A DNA stretch of 30,919 nucleotides from Patescibacteria group bacterium (lineage in GTDB: Bacteria > Patescibacteriota > WWE3 > UBA101185 > UBA10185), in NCBI GenBank assembly GCA_022710505.1, contig JAKLGS010000001.1, positions 1-30,919 of the forward strand. Direction: 5' to 3'. This document shows, in pieces, positions 18,249 through 27,167 of this stretch; position 1 is the stretch's first letter, and each line of letters begins with the position of its first letter. The translations under genes were made by a program, and so were the position numbers. The notes under the pieces were generated by a model. That model was not told where the DNA came from. It saw only the letters and a program-made list of their open reading frames with translations, and did not search any database.

Positions 18249-18426
18249 TTGTTGAACAAATTATACCTAATATAGTTAGTTAAAACCAATTAAAAAGTCT
18301 ACCTCCTACAAAATTTCTTATAATTTAGCAGGGTTAAGTTTTTATACATACCTTTTATCTCTTAACAACAACAAATAATCAGGGGTTAAATTGGCGAAAA
18401 ATTTTTATAAATGCTATGTATATGTT

Positions 18427-18876
18427 ATGGAAAATGAATACAACATCACACTTGAAGATATAGAACATATTATTGGATCAAAGGAAAAGACATTATTTTA
18501 CCTTACTTGGTTGAAACATAATAGAAACGGAACGAGGGCATATATGGAATTACACCCGGAAGTCAAAGAAAGTAGTGCGAGGGTATTGGCTTCAAACTTA
18601 TTAAGTACCATAGATATTAACCTTATTGCCGATTGTTACGGATTAAATCATCAGAAGTATTACGAGATGTTACAGGCTGGATTAGAAGCAGAAAAGAGGG
18701 ACCAATATACAGGTGAGATGTATCCGGACCATCAAACGAGATTAAAATACCTCGATAAGTTGGGAAAGTTGCTTCGAATTGAAAGGGAAAAAGAGCAACA
18801 AAAAGATGAAGACTTAAAGACAGAAGCATTTAAAACAATTGAACTTATGAGAGCAGAGTATAACTTGGAAGAGTAA
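18427..18876 (+). CDS. Small terminase subunit-like HTH protein
   Basis: FYLTWLKHNRNGTRAYMELHP...SARVLASNLLS and PDHQTRLKYLDKLGKL resemble TerS patterns; ATG 18427 preferred over TTG 18391. Confidence 0.6.
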   Translation: MENEYNITLEDIEHIIGSKEKTLFYLTWLKHNRNGTRAYMELHPEVKESSARVLASNLLSTIDINLIADCYGLNHQKYYEMLQAGLEAEKRDQYTGEMYPDHQTRLKYLDKLGKLLRIEREKEQQKDEDLKTEAFKTIELMRAEYNLEE

Positions 18877-19116
18877 CTATGAGATGGAATTTGGTAGATA
18901 TTTGGCACTTTTTAACTCTCATTTGCTTTTCAAAAACTCTTTTTATAGTAGTTTAATAAGTAACGAAAAAAACCCGAAATAGCAACCGATTTATGTTGTA
19001 ACCACGCGGGTTGCAGAAAAAACCTAAGAGTGTTATATATAAAATAATGAAACAATAACAGGCACAATACGGCTTGTTGACAATAATAATCGTTCATTGT
19101 GGGAACGTGTTCGCTA

Positions 19117-19151
19117 ACTTCTACCCGACCACAACGGGTAGAGGTTTTTTT
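19117..19151 (+). terminator. Intrinsic terminator upstream of the replication genes
   Basis: 11-bp stem (one G-U) followed by a T-run. Confidence 0.7.
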
Positions 19152-19183
19152 GTATTTTAACAAATTAAAAAGGAGAAAGTATT

Positions 19184-19408
19184 ATGCAAGGTAGAAAAGT
19201 ATCTGAATATGTAATGCAGAAATACATTACGGAGTACAAAGATTTTATAGGAAGAAAAAGAGCTGATTTTATACACAAAGCCTATGGAAACGACATATGT
19301 AAGTTTGCAGAATTAGGGTATGACACGAATAGCTTTTTTAACGACCTGTTACAAGGAAAGGAATTAAAATATGACGTGGAAAACACCAATACCACCAGAC
19401 TTAAATAA
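19184..19408 (+). CDS. Hypothetical 74-aa protein (possible regulator or directionality factor)
   Basis: SD AAGGAG; first gene of the replication module. Confidence 0.6.
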   Translation: MQGRKVSEYVMQKYITEYKDFIGRKRADFIHKAYGNDICKFAELGYDTNSFFNDLLQGKELKYDVENTNTTRLK

Positions 19409-19949
19409 GATATTTGGAAGTGATTACCTATCACAACTTATATTTGAAAGGTTACTCATAAGATCCCGGAACGAAAGCGGGGTTGCTACTAACTATTGGT
19501 ACACACCGGTAACTCTTAATAAGGGACAAGCCGTATGCGGTCTGTCAGAGTTGGGTAGATTTTTTGCGGTGGATAGAAAAACAATCAAAAGACACCTTGA
19601 AAAACTACAAAATGAGTACAAGGTAGTGGACTACCTACCAACCCGAAAAGGTACGATAGCAACAATAAAAAACTATGGTGGGTTAATAAAAATGGACTGC
19701 TGTGTGGACTACCCTAAAGATGAGAAAAGGGACTACCCACCACCGATAGAAAAGGTTGTTGTTAGTACAACGGCGGGGAACTCGTTACAAAAAAGGGACT
19801 ACCCTAAAAGTAACAAATGGGACACTAACAAGAATATAAATACAAATAATAGTAAATCTTTTAAGGGTAAGAAAAGTTATTCATTTATTCCGTATGTTTT
19901 AGGTGATTTGACACCGGAACAACAGAGAAGAAAGGTAGAGTTTATATGA
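19371..19949 (+). CDS. Phage-type replication initiator (wHTH)
   Basis: LNKGQAVCGLSELGRFFAVDRKTIKRHLEKL and GTIATIKNY; TNKNIN-type tail; internal iterons; overlaps the helicase start. Confidence 0.75.
   Translation: MTWKTPIPPDLNKIFGSDYLSQLIFERLLIRSRNESGVATNYWYTPVTLNKGQAVCGLSELGRFFAVDRKTIKRHLEKLQNEYKVVDYLPTRKGTIATIKNYGGLIKMDCCVDYPKDEKRDYPPPIEKVVVSTTAGNSLQKRDYPKSNKWDTNKNINTNNSKSFKGKKSYSFIPYVLGDLTPEQQRRKVEFI
19626..19890 (+). repeat. Probable origin: four GGACTACC(C) iterons plus an AT-rich tract
   Basis: GGACTACC at 19628, 19706, 19730 and 19796; AT-rich from about 19826. Confidence 0.65.
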
Positions 19950-20887
19950 AACTATCAAAGCAAGAGATACAAGAAAGGAACGAAGTTATTGATAGAGTAT
20001 TTAGTTTAGATGGAAATCAGTCATTTACCGGATACCCAAAAATAGATGACATATTGGGGGTTGTAGAGCCTGGCGACACAATACTTTTAGGCGGGGAAAG
20101 TGGGGTTGGAAAAAGCCTTGTAGCGTCAAACATAGCGGTAAACGTAGCCAAACAAGGTAAAAAAGTTTTATACCTTGATCTTGAAAATGGCGAAAGGACA
20201 GGCATTAAAAGGTTGTTATCAATATGGTCTGGCGTAGAGTTTAAGAAGTGGAACAACAAAGAGCATATTGAAAATGCCTACGGAATAAATCACGAGTTAT
20301 CAGAAAAGATCGAGTATTGGGATCATTTCTCACTTGAAAACCTATCAGGGTTTAGTGAAAATTCCTGGAAGACTATCATCAAATACGTCATAAGCAGAAG
20401 TGCAAACAAAGACACAAAGCCACAGTTGGTAATCATAGATCCGTTGCAAGATTTGGAAAGTGAGACCGAAAGCACAAAGACATATAACGAACAGGGGCAT
20501 ATCATTAAAGCATTGAAGAACCTTGCACAAAAGTTGAGTATTAATATCCTCATATGTCACCACCTACGAAAGCCTGGAACAACGAACAGTAGATATGTTG
20601 CCGACGTAGATGATAAGGAAGCAAGGTTGTATAGGATACCCGAAAAAGATGATTTTGAGGGATCTTCAAAGATTATAAATAAATCAATGCAAGTCTTATC
20701 AGTTGTCAGAGCCTACGAGGGTGGAACAAAAGAAAAGAGATCAAAGACAAGGGTTGAGGTATTGAAAAATAGGAATAGTCTAACAGGCGTTGGTTATCTT
20801 TATTTGAACGAAGATAACTTACGAATTGAAAATGATCCTGTGTATGTTACTGAGTATGCCGAGTTGTTAGACGGAAGATTGTTTTAG
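19946..20887 (+). CDS. DnaB-like (SF4) helicase of the element
   Basis: GGESGVGKS Walker A, LYLDLEN, VIIDPLQ, HHLRK, EGSSKI, KNR. Confidence 0.88.
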   Translation: MKLSKQEIQERNEVIDRVFSLDGNQSFTGYPKIDDILGVVEPGDTILLGGESGVGKSLVASNIAVNVAKQGKKVLYLDLENGERTGIKRLLSIWSGVEFKKWNNKEHIENAYGINHELSEKIEYWDHFSLENLSGFSENSWKTIIKYVISRSANKDTKPQLVIIDPLQDLESETESTKTYNEQGHIIKALKNLAQKLSINILICHHLRKPGTTNSRYVADVDDKEARLYRIPEKDDFEGSSKIINKSMQVLSVVRAYEGGTKEKRSKTRVEVLKNRNSLTGVGYLYLNEDNLRIENDPVYVTEYAELLDGRLF

Positions 20888-20901
20888 TTTGAGTTGTACC
20901 G

Positions 20902-20958
20902 TACCCCCGAAAATACCTTACTATTATATTTTAGGTAAAAGGGGGTATTGGTTTTTAT
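20902..20958 (+). terminator. Hairpin after the helicase
   Basis: TACCCCC / GGGGGTA and TACCT / AGGTA stems, T-rich tail. Confidence 0.5.
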
Positions 20959-21163
20959 TACAACGTATAGGGGGGTTATAAAGTAATGGGAATTTTGTCT
21001 AAAATCGGTTTTAAGGCACGTTATTATTAAAGTTAAGTTAAGATACCTTTGGGCGTGATGCCGGGTAGAATAGGGCGTTGGTTACTCATTATTTGAGAAG
21101 TTTTAAGATTAACAAACATTAACAATTTAAAGTTAAGGATTATACCATTCGGATATTAAATAA

Positions 21164-21196
21164 AGATTAAATTTAGATTAAATGTAGATTAAATGT
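21164..21196 (+). repeat. Three tandem 11-bp repeats abutting a -10 box
   Basis: AGATTAAATTT, AGATTAAATGT, AGATTAAATGT then TATAAT at 21196-21201. Confidence 0.75.
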
Positions 21197-22122
21197 ATAA
21201 TGGGTTTATGTTCAAGATTATAAGGAACACATTTTTTGTTCTTTGGAATATATGCATCCTTATATTTTCAACAACAATAATTTTTGAAGGATATATTAAA
21301 GATGAATTTAGTGTACTGATGGGGACGGTATTAGTAATAACAATACTTTTTGGGGGTTTGTCTTTTTTACTTTTTCTGATTTTCTACGAAATAAGTCTTA
21401 AGGGGTTTGATAAAAAATTATATTGGAAATCTAAATTATATTTAAAGGAGTTAGGATATTTACTAATCCCGGCATCGTTACTTTTACTTGGTTTTTACGG
21501 TCTTATCAAAAAACCTTTTATAAAGGAAACAAAACAAGAAGGAGTGGTATCTTTACGTCAAGTTGAAGAAATAAATCACGATAAATCAATAGATACCAAA
21601 ACAACTTCTGAAACTCAGCCAGTTATTAACACACCGACCCCAATATTAGAAGCTGACCCAATGGTTAACTGTGGAATACATGAAAACTGTGGTGGCGGTA
21701 CAAAACTTATGAGGGAAAGCGATTGTGAAAAAACTATATGCTGCGAAATAGGTGGTAATTGGTATTTTTATGATTCAGCTACCAAATGTGATGAAGACCA
21801 AACAGATTATTGGGAAGAATATTATGAAGATAAGTACAAAGACGATGACGAAGACGATGATTATACAATTGATATTCCGGAGTTACCGCCATTAGAACCT
21901 CTACCCCCCATAGATCTAACAATTCCTGATTATTTGATAGATGTTCCTGAGGAGAATAATGAAGAAGAGATAAAGAAGTGTGAGGAGAGGGCAAGAGAGG
22001 ATACAAAGTCTCAGATTGACGGGTGTTATATAAAATATGGGGGAACAAGCGCTGCAGATATGTGTGCCAGAGGGGTTCAGCAACTAGGTGCTGATGCTAT
22101 AAAGGCTTGTAGAGGGTTATAG
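21193..22122 (+). CDS. Membrane protein with Cys-rich and acidic extracellular regions (cargo); ATG 21208 possible
   Basis: Three N-terminal TMs, PTP linker, CGIHENC...CEKTICCEIGGNW, Asp/Glu run. Confidence 0.75.
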   Translation: MYNGFMFKIIRNTFFVLWNICILIFSTTIIFEGYIKDEFSVLMGTVLVITILFGGLSFLLFLIFYEISLKGFDKKLYWKSKLYLKELGYLLIPASLLLLGFYGLIKKPFIKETKQEGVVSLRQVEEINHDKSIDTKTTSETQPVINTPTPILEADPMVNCGIHENCGGGTKLMRESDCEKTICCEIGGNWYFYDSATKCDEDQTDYWEEYYEDKYKDDDEDDDYTIDIPELPPLEPLPPIDLTIPDYLIDVPEENNEEEIKKCEERAREDTKSQIDGCYIKYGGTSAADMCARGVQQLGADAIKACRGL

Positions 22123-22152
22123 AGTTATAAGAAAAATAGAGGAAAAACCATT

Positions 22153-22419
22153 TTGATTAATAATAAAGTACACAAGAGATTAATTACCATATTTTTATTA
22201 ATTTTATTACCCTCATTACTTACTGCTTGCACTAGCTATACACCTAATACATATGAGGAGAGTTCTGGTTACAAGGAGTATGGCTGTACCCAAGATTGCT
22301 CGGGACACAATGCTGGCTGGGAATGGGCACGTGAAAAAGGTATTACTGATCCGTCAGACTGCGGGGGTAAATCAGAATCATTCATTGAAGGTTGTAGGTC
22401 GTATGCTGAGGATTATTAG
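22153..22419 (+). CDS. Small Cys-rich lipoprotein (cargo)
   Basis: Lipobox LLTAC; CTQDCSGHNAGWEWA...SFIEGC. Confidence 0.75.
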   Translation: MINNKVHKRLITIFLLILLPSLLTACTSYTPNTYEESSGYKEYGCTQDCSGHNAGWEWAREKGITDPSDCGGKSESFIEGCRSYAEDY

Positions 22420-22446
22420 CTATAAGATTTAGTATAATGCAACTGT

Positions 22447-23187
22447 ATGAGGTCTTCCCAATCGAGCAATAATTTTAATAAATATATTAATATATTTTTT
22501 GACAAAGATATATTTAAGTTTATTACTTCAAAAGATAAAGCTTACAAATCTATTAATAAAAGAGATAAGAAAGAGGTAGGTGCATTTAAAGATAAAGCTA
22601 GACAAGACTTAAACACCCTTTTAAAAAAGAAAGGTATCCCATTATCTTGGCAAGAGCCAATATGCTCCACTATCTGGAACCCCGCCTGTATAGTCCCTAT
22701 CTATGATGGAATTCATATCGAGGTAGGTGATGAGGTAGTAACAATAGAGAAGAACATGGGTACTGATAAGAAGTATCTATTAAAAACAGAAAAGAAGAAT
22801 AGCGAAAAGAAATATAACATCGTTGTATCTAGAAACGTGACAAAAAAAGATTTCATTGACTTTATTAATACCCACTGGGAGTTTTTATCTGGCCTACAAA
22901 AAACTCTTAATCTTCCTAAAGACCCGCCTATTAGAACAAGCAAGACCCTCCACGCCATAGATGTAATTGGTATGAGGGACTTTAAAAGAAAAAGTTTTGA
23001 AGAGATTGCCACAGAAATGTTCGATTATGTTTCGAATACAGAAAATATTAACCCAACAGAGAAAAAGAGATTACTTAAAACCTTTTCATCAGGAGATAAC
23101 GTTAGAAAAAATGTCTACGAAAGATTCAAAACCGGGTTCTTAAATGACTCAATATTTGTACCAAAAAATAACCTTAAGAAAAAATAA
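22447..23187 (+). CDS. Hypothetical protein, possible C-terminal HTH regulator
   Basis: RKSFEEIATEM...DNVRKNVYERFK; TATAAT 8 nt before the ATG. Confidence 0.6.
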   Translation: MRSSQSSNNFNKYINIFFDKDIFKFITSKDKAYKSINKRDKKEVGAFKDKARQDLNTLLKKKGIPLSWQEPICSTIWNPACIVPIYDGIHIEVGDEVVTIEKNMGTDKKYLLKTEKKNSEKKYNIVVSRNVTKKDFIDFINTHWEFLSGLQKTLNLPKDPPIRTSKTLHAIDVIGMRDFKRKSFEEIATEMFDYVSNTENINPTEKKRLLKTFSSGDNVRKNVYERFKTGFLNDSIFVPKNNLKKK

Positions 23188-23383
23188 TTAGAGTCTAATA
23201 TCTGTTTTAAAGGATATTGGAATCTATGAATAGATCTTCGAGGTGTTTAAAAAAACCCATTACTATAAATAAAAGCGATGTATACGATGTTAATATTGCT
23301 ATCGATATTCTTTCAGAAATTGCACTTTTAAAATTAATGAAATTTCAAACGGCTCAGATAACAAATACAAACAAAAAATGATG

Positions 23384-23487
23384 TATAATTATCTTGTTGC
23401 CAACATAATAGGATTGTTCTTTTTAACGACCGTCTTAGGACAACTAAGAGCAATCTTTTGTTGGCAACACCTAGGGCGGTCTTTATT
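23384..23487 (+). promoter_or_regulatory. -10 box and structured leader of the recombinase gene
   Basis: TATAAT 23384-23389; 12-bp stem 23428-23439 / 23470-23481; 11-bp inverted pair 23395-23405 / 23459-23469. Confidence 0.6.
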
Positions 23488-23490
23488 ATT

Positions 23491-25119
23491 ATGAGCAAAT
23501 ATGCAATAGGGTACATTCGTGTATCCTCAGAAGAACAAATAACTAACTATTCTTTGAGTAACCAGGAAGATAAATGTAAAGATTTTTGTAAATCTAATGG
23601 ATATGAGTTACTGAGTATATTTCGTGAGGAAGGTAAATCTGCTACCACTTTAAATAGACCTGAACTAATAAATCTTCTTGAATATTGTAGAAAAAACAAG
23701 GGAAAGGTTGATGCGTGTGTGATTTATAAGATAGATAGATTATCTCGTAATACATATGATTTTCTAGAGATAAAAAGAAGATTAGCATCGTGTGGTGTTG
23801 CGGTTGTCTCCATCACAGAACCTACTGATGATTCTCCAACCGGTGAGTTTATGGAAACCATGATGGCAGCACAAGCAAGGTTTGATAACGCATTAAAAAG
23901 TGAAAGAACTAAAGAAGGTATGACAAAGAGATTAGAGGCGGGGTTACCTACTAACCCCCTTCCAGTTGGTTATAAATATCAACTTGGTGAAGACGGGAAA
24001 AACCACCCTGTTAGAGATGATCCGAAGTTTTCGCTTTTACAGCAGGCTGGATATGACTATATGACGGGGATTTATAACAAGGTTCAGATTGCTGATATTT
24101 TAAATAAGAGAGGTTTTACTACTAAGAAAAACAAGTCTGTTTGTTCACAGTTTATATCAGACTTCTTTGCAAATAAGTTCTACAAAGGTGTTATTTATTC
24201 TAAAGTTAGAAATCAGGACTATATAGGTAGTTATGAGAAGATGTTTACAGAGGAGGAGTGGTACAAAATACAGCAGATATCTAAAGGAAATCATTTATTA
24301 GCACAGCCGAGAAAAAGAAATAATCCCGATTTTCCTCTTAGACATTTTACTGTGTGTGGTAAGTGTGGGAAACCAATATCAGGTAATTGGTCAAAGGGGA
24401 GAAATAATAGATATGCTTATTATAGGTGTTTAGACCACGCCCCCTCCATTCCGGTCGAGACATTTGAATGTGAGTTCGTAGAGTTACTTGAGTCTATTAA
24501 GCCGTCTAAGGAGACTGTAGAGCGCTTCACAGAGGTATTAAAAGCTAAGTATAACGATAAGTATAGGGAACTCACAAAAGACGTATCTACTTTAAATAGG
24601 CAGTTAGAGGAGCTAAAGAATGAACAGAGAATCCTTGTTAAGAAGAATCTAAAAGGTATTTATGACGATGAGCTTTTTATGGAAAGGAATGAGGAGATAA
24701 AAGACGAGATAGTTATAAAACAGACTCGGATAAGTGAAAGCTCCATAGACAAGATTAATATTGATACTGTTTGCACATTTGCGAATCATTTTATCAACAA
24801 TATTTCACAGACATGGCGAACCGCTGATTTAGATACTAAACAAAGGCTTCAGGAGATAATATTTCCAGAGGGGGTGATTTATGACTTTCCTGGATTTCGA
24901 ACCGCCACTTTATCTTGTCTTTTCAATGTTTTAAGGGAGTCTAGCGAGTCAAATGAGCATTTGGGGTGGTTGACGGGTCTCGAACCCGCGACCTCCTCTT
25001 CCACAGAGAGGCGCTCTAACCAACTGAGCTACAACCACCGCAATTTAAAAATTCTTATCACAGAATTCTCCTGTATTTTACCAATAAATCAAGTTTTGTT
25101 GTACTACGAATTTTCCTAA
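23491..25119 (+). CDS. Large serine recombinase (integrase); ATG 23491 preferred over TTG 23458
   Basis: GYIRVSS catalytic motif, DRLSRN, recombinase domain, CGKCG...YYRC zinc ribbon, coiled coil; last 45 aa are antisense tRNA and flank. Confidence 0.93.
   Translation: MSKYAIGYIRVSSEEQITNYSLSNQEDKCKDFCKSNGYELLSIFREEGKSATTLNRPELINLLEYCRKNKGKVDACVIYKIDRLSRNTYDFLEIKRRLASCGVAVVSITEPTDDSPTGEFMETMMAAQARFDNALKSERTKEGMTKRLEAGLPTNPLPVGYKYQLGEDGKNHPVRDDPKFSLLQQAGYDYMTGIYNKVQIADILNKRGFTTKKNKSVCSQFISDFFANKFYKGVIYSKVRNQDYIGSYEKMFTEEEWYKIQQISKGNHLLAQPRKRNNPDFPLRHFTVCGKCGKPISGNWSKGRNNRYAYYRCLDHAPSIPVETFECEFVELLESIKPSKETVERFTEVLKAKYNDKYRELTKDVSTLNRQLEELKNEQRILVKKNLKGIYDDELFMERNEEIKDEIVIKQTRISESSIDKINIDTVCTFANHFINNISQTWRTADLDTKQRLQEIIFPEGVIYDFPGFRTATLSCLFNVLRESSESNEHLGWLTGLEPATSSSTERRSNQLSYNHRNLKILITEFSCILPINQVLLYYEFS
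24962..25039 (-). tRNA. tRNA-His: tRNA-His (GTG) with encoded G-1 and CCA
   Basis: Acceptor GTGGTTG/CAACCAC, anticodon arm CCTCT-CTGTGGA-AGAGG, T-arm GCGGG-TTCGAGA-CCCGT, G-1:C73. Confidence 0.97.
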
Positions 25120-25163
25120 ACTTCATCCTTTTAAAAACTTAAACTCTCTGATAATATAGTCCC

Positions 25164-25817
25164 ATGGAAATTACGTACATAGGGCACTCTTGTTTTAAAA
25201 TAAAGGATAAAACCATATCTTTGGTTATAGATCCTTATAATCCAAAAATCGGATACAAACTTCCTAAACTTTCATCTGATGTAGTTTTAGTTACTCACGA
25301 CCACTTCGATCACAATTACATAGAAGGTGTTAGTGACTACAGACTTTTGGTTGATGGTCCAGGAGAATATGAAGTCGGAGGATGTTTCATATATGGAAAA
25401 TCAGTAGATCATGATGAAAAAAATGGTGAAGAAAGAGGTAAAGTTACAATGTATCTAATTACCATCGATGATTTTAACATTTTACATTTAGGCGATTTGG
25501 GAAGAGAGTTGACCCAAGAAGAAATGGAGAGAATTCCTAATGTTGATGTTTTAATGATACCTGTAGGAAATAAATACACTATTGATGAAAAGGCCGCTGT
25601 TAAAGTAATATCGGCTTTGGAGCCTTCTTATGTTATACCAATGCATTATAAAACCGATGATCTTACTGGTGTAGAAGGTTTAAGTGGGGTAGAGGAGTTT
25701 CTTGAGGAGATGGGGGTTGGGGACGACGTTAAAAAAGATTTAGATAAATTGGTTTTAAATTCGAAAACAGATCTTGATGGAGATACTCAAGTAGTGGTTT
25801 TAAAGCCTGCTCACTAA
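25164..25817 (+). CDS. MBL-fold metallo-hydrolase (beta-lactamase B_3-like)
   Basis: GHSCF, IDPY, THDHFDH, HLGD, IPMHY. Confidence 0.92.
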   Translation: MEITYIGHSCFKIKDKTISLVIDPYNPKIGYKLPKLSSDVVLVTHDHFDHNYIEGVSDYRLLVDGPGEYEVGGCFIYGKSVDHDEKNGEERGKVTMYLITIDDFNILHLGDLGRELTQEEMERIPNVDVLMIPVGNKYTIDEKAAVKVISALEPSYVIPMHYKTDDLTGVEGLSGVEEFLEEMGVGDDVKKDLDKLVLNSKTDLDGDTQVVVLKPAH

Positions 25818-25823
25818 TATTTC

Positions 25824-27167
25824 ATGCCTGCACAATATATGAAAAATAAAAATGAAAATGATGTTGCTCACGTACCACCTCATGACGTTGAGGCTGAAAA
25901 ATCAGTTCTCGGAGCTCTTTTAATTGATAAAGATGCCATTGTAAAAGTTGTAGAATTTTTAAAGCCCAAACATTTTTACAAACCAGCACATGAAAAAATT
26001 TTTGAAGCAATCCTTACGCTATATGAAAAAAGAGAACCTGCAGATTTGATTACAGTTCCAAATCAACTTAAAAAAATGAAAGAGATTGATAATGTCGGGG
26101 GAGTTTCTTATTTAACAGAATTAGTTAACTCAGTACCTACTTCGGCCAATATTGAGGCATATGCAAACCTTATAAAAAACGATTCTATCAAAAGATCTTT
26201 GATTACTGCAGCTTCGGAAATAGGGGAATTAGTTTTTGAAGATGATGAAGTTGATAATCTTTTAGATAAATCTGAGCAACTAATTTACTCATTATCACAA
26301 GATTTAACGTATCAAGATTTTGTTCCGATAAAAGATACTTTAGAAATTACATTTGAAAGATTAGACGAACTTAGCAAGAAAAAAGGTGCGCTAAGAGGTG
26401 TTCCTACCGGTCTTAAAGGTTTGGATAAAATGTTATCAGGTCTTCAAAAAGAAAATTTAATTGTTTTGGCTGCCCGTCCTTCCGTTGGTAAAACTTCTTT
26501 AGCTTTAAATATAGCCCAGCACGCCGCCGTAGAAGGAAATTTTGGAGTGGCAATTTTTTCACTTGAAATGGGTAGGGAAATGCTTGTTGATAGGATGATT
26601 TCATCTCAAGCTGGTATTGATAACTGGAAAATATCCACAGGTAACTTGGACGAAGAAGACTTTGAAAAGTATGGAGTTGCAGCAGGAGAACTTGCTGAAG
26701 CTTCCATTTTTATTGATGATACGGCAGGAATTGGCGTTATGGAAATGAGAACCAAGGCTAGAAGACTTTTATTAGAAAACAAAATTGATTTAATTATTGT
26801 TGACTACATGCAGTTGGTTAAGGCTCCTCAAGCTGAAAGCAGAGTACAAGAGGTTTCAAAGATTTCACAAGGTTTAAAGAATTTAGCAAGAGAGCTAAAA
26901 GTACCTGTATTGGCGGTTTCCCAGCTTTCCCGTGCTGTTGAGCAAAGAGGTGGAGATAAAAAACCACAGTTATCCGACCTTAGAGATTCTGGTTCTATTG
27001 AACAGGATGCTGATATAGTTATGTTTTTGTATCGTCCTGATGAAGAAGATAGGTCAAATGCAAAACTTTTGATTTCAAAACATAGAAACGGTCCTACCGG
27101 CGAATTAGATTTGTTCTTCAGAACTGAATTTACGAAATTTTATGAGGTGGAGCAGAAAACGGAGTAG
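25824..27167 (+). CDS. dnaB: Replicative DNA helicase
   Basis: PPHDVEAEKSVLG, AARPSVGKT, FSLEM, VDYMQL, SQLSR, LRDSGSIEQDAD, KHRNGPTG. Confidence 0.97.
   Translation: MPAQYMKNKNENDVAHVPPHDVEAEKSVLGALLIDKDAIVKVVEFLKPKHFYKPAHEKIFEAILTLYEKREPADLITVPNQLKKMKEIDNVGGVSYLTELVNSVPTSANIEAYANLIKNDSIKRSLITAASEIGELVFEDDEVDNLLDKSEQLIYSLSQDLTYQDFVPIKDTLEITFERLDELSKKKGALRGVPTGLKGLDKMLSGLQKENLIVLAARPSVGKTSLALNIAQHAAVEGNFGVAIFSLEMGREMLVDRMISSQAGIDNWKISTGNLDEEDFEKYGVAAGELAEASIFIDDTAGIGVMEMRTKARRLLLENKIDLIIVDYMQLVKAPQAESRVQEVSKISQGLKNLARELKVPVLAVSQLSRAVEQRGGDKKPQLSDLRDSGSIEQDADIVMFLYRPDEEDRSNAKLLISKHRNGPTGELDLFFRTEFTKFYEVEQKTE

Larger units (their letters stand above)
17525..24982. mobile_element. 7.4-kb integrative, satellite-like (PICI-like) element in tRNA-His
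   Basis: 22-bp direct repeat of the tRNA-His 3' end at both borders; serine recombinase, Rep, helicase and TerS-like genes; no structural genes. Confidence 0.88.

Noticed and set aside
19077-19105. Promoter at TTGACA 19077
   Set aside because: No acceptable -10 at 16-18 nt spacing.
23334-23516. 60-aa antisense ORF over the integrase leader (likewise 18930-19163)
   Set aside because: No SD or motifs; the regions are better explained as regulatory leaders.
17525-24982. Complete prophage
   Set aside because: No large terminase, portal, capsid, tail or lysis genes between the att sites.
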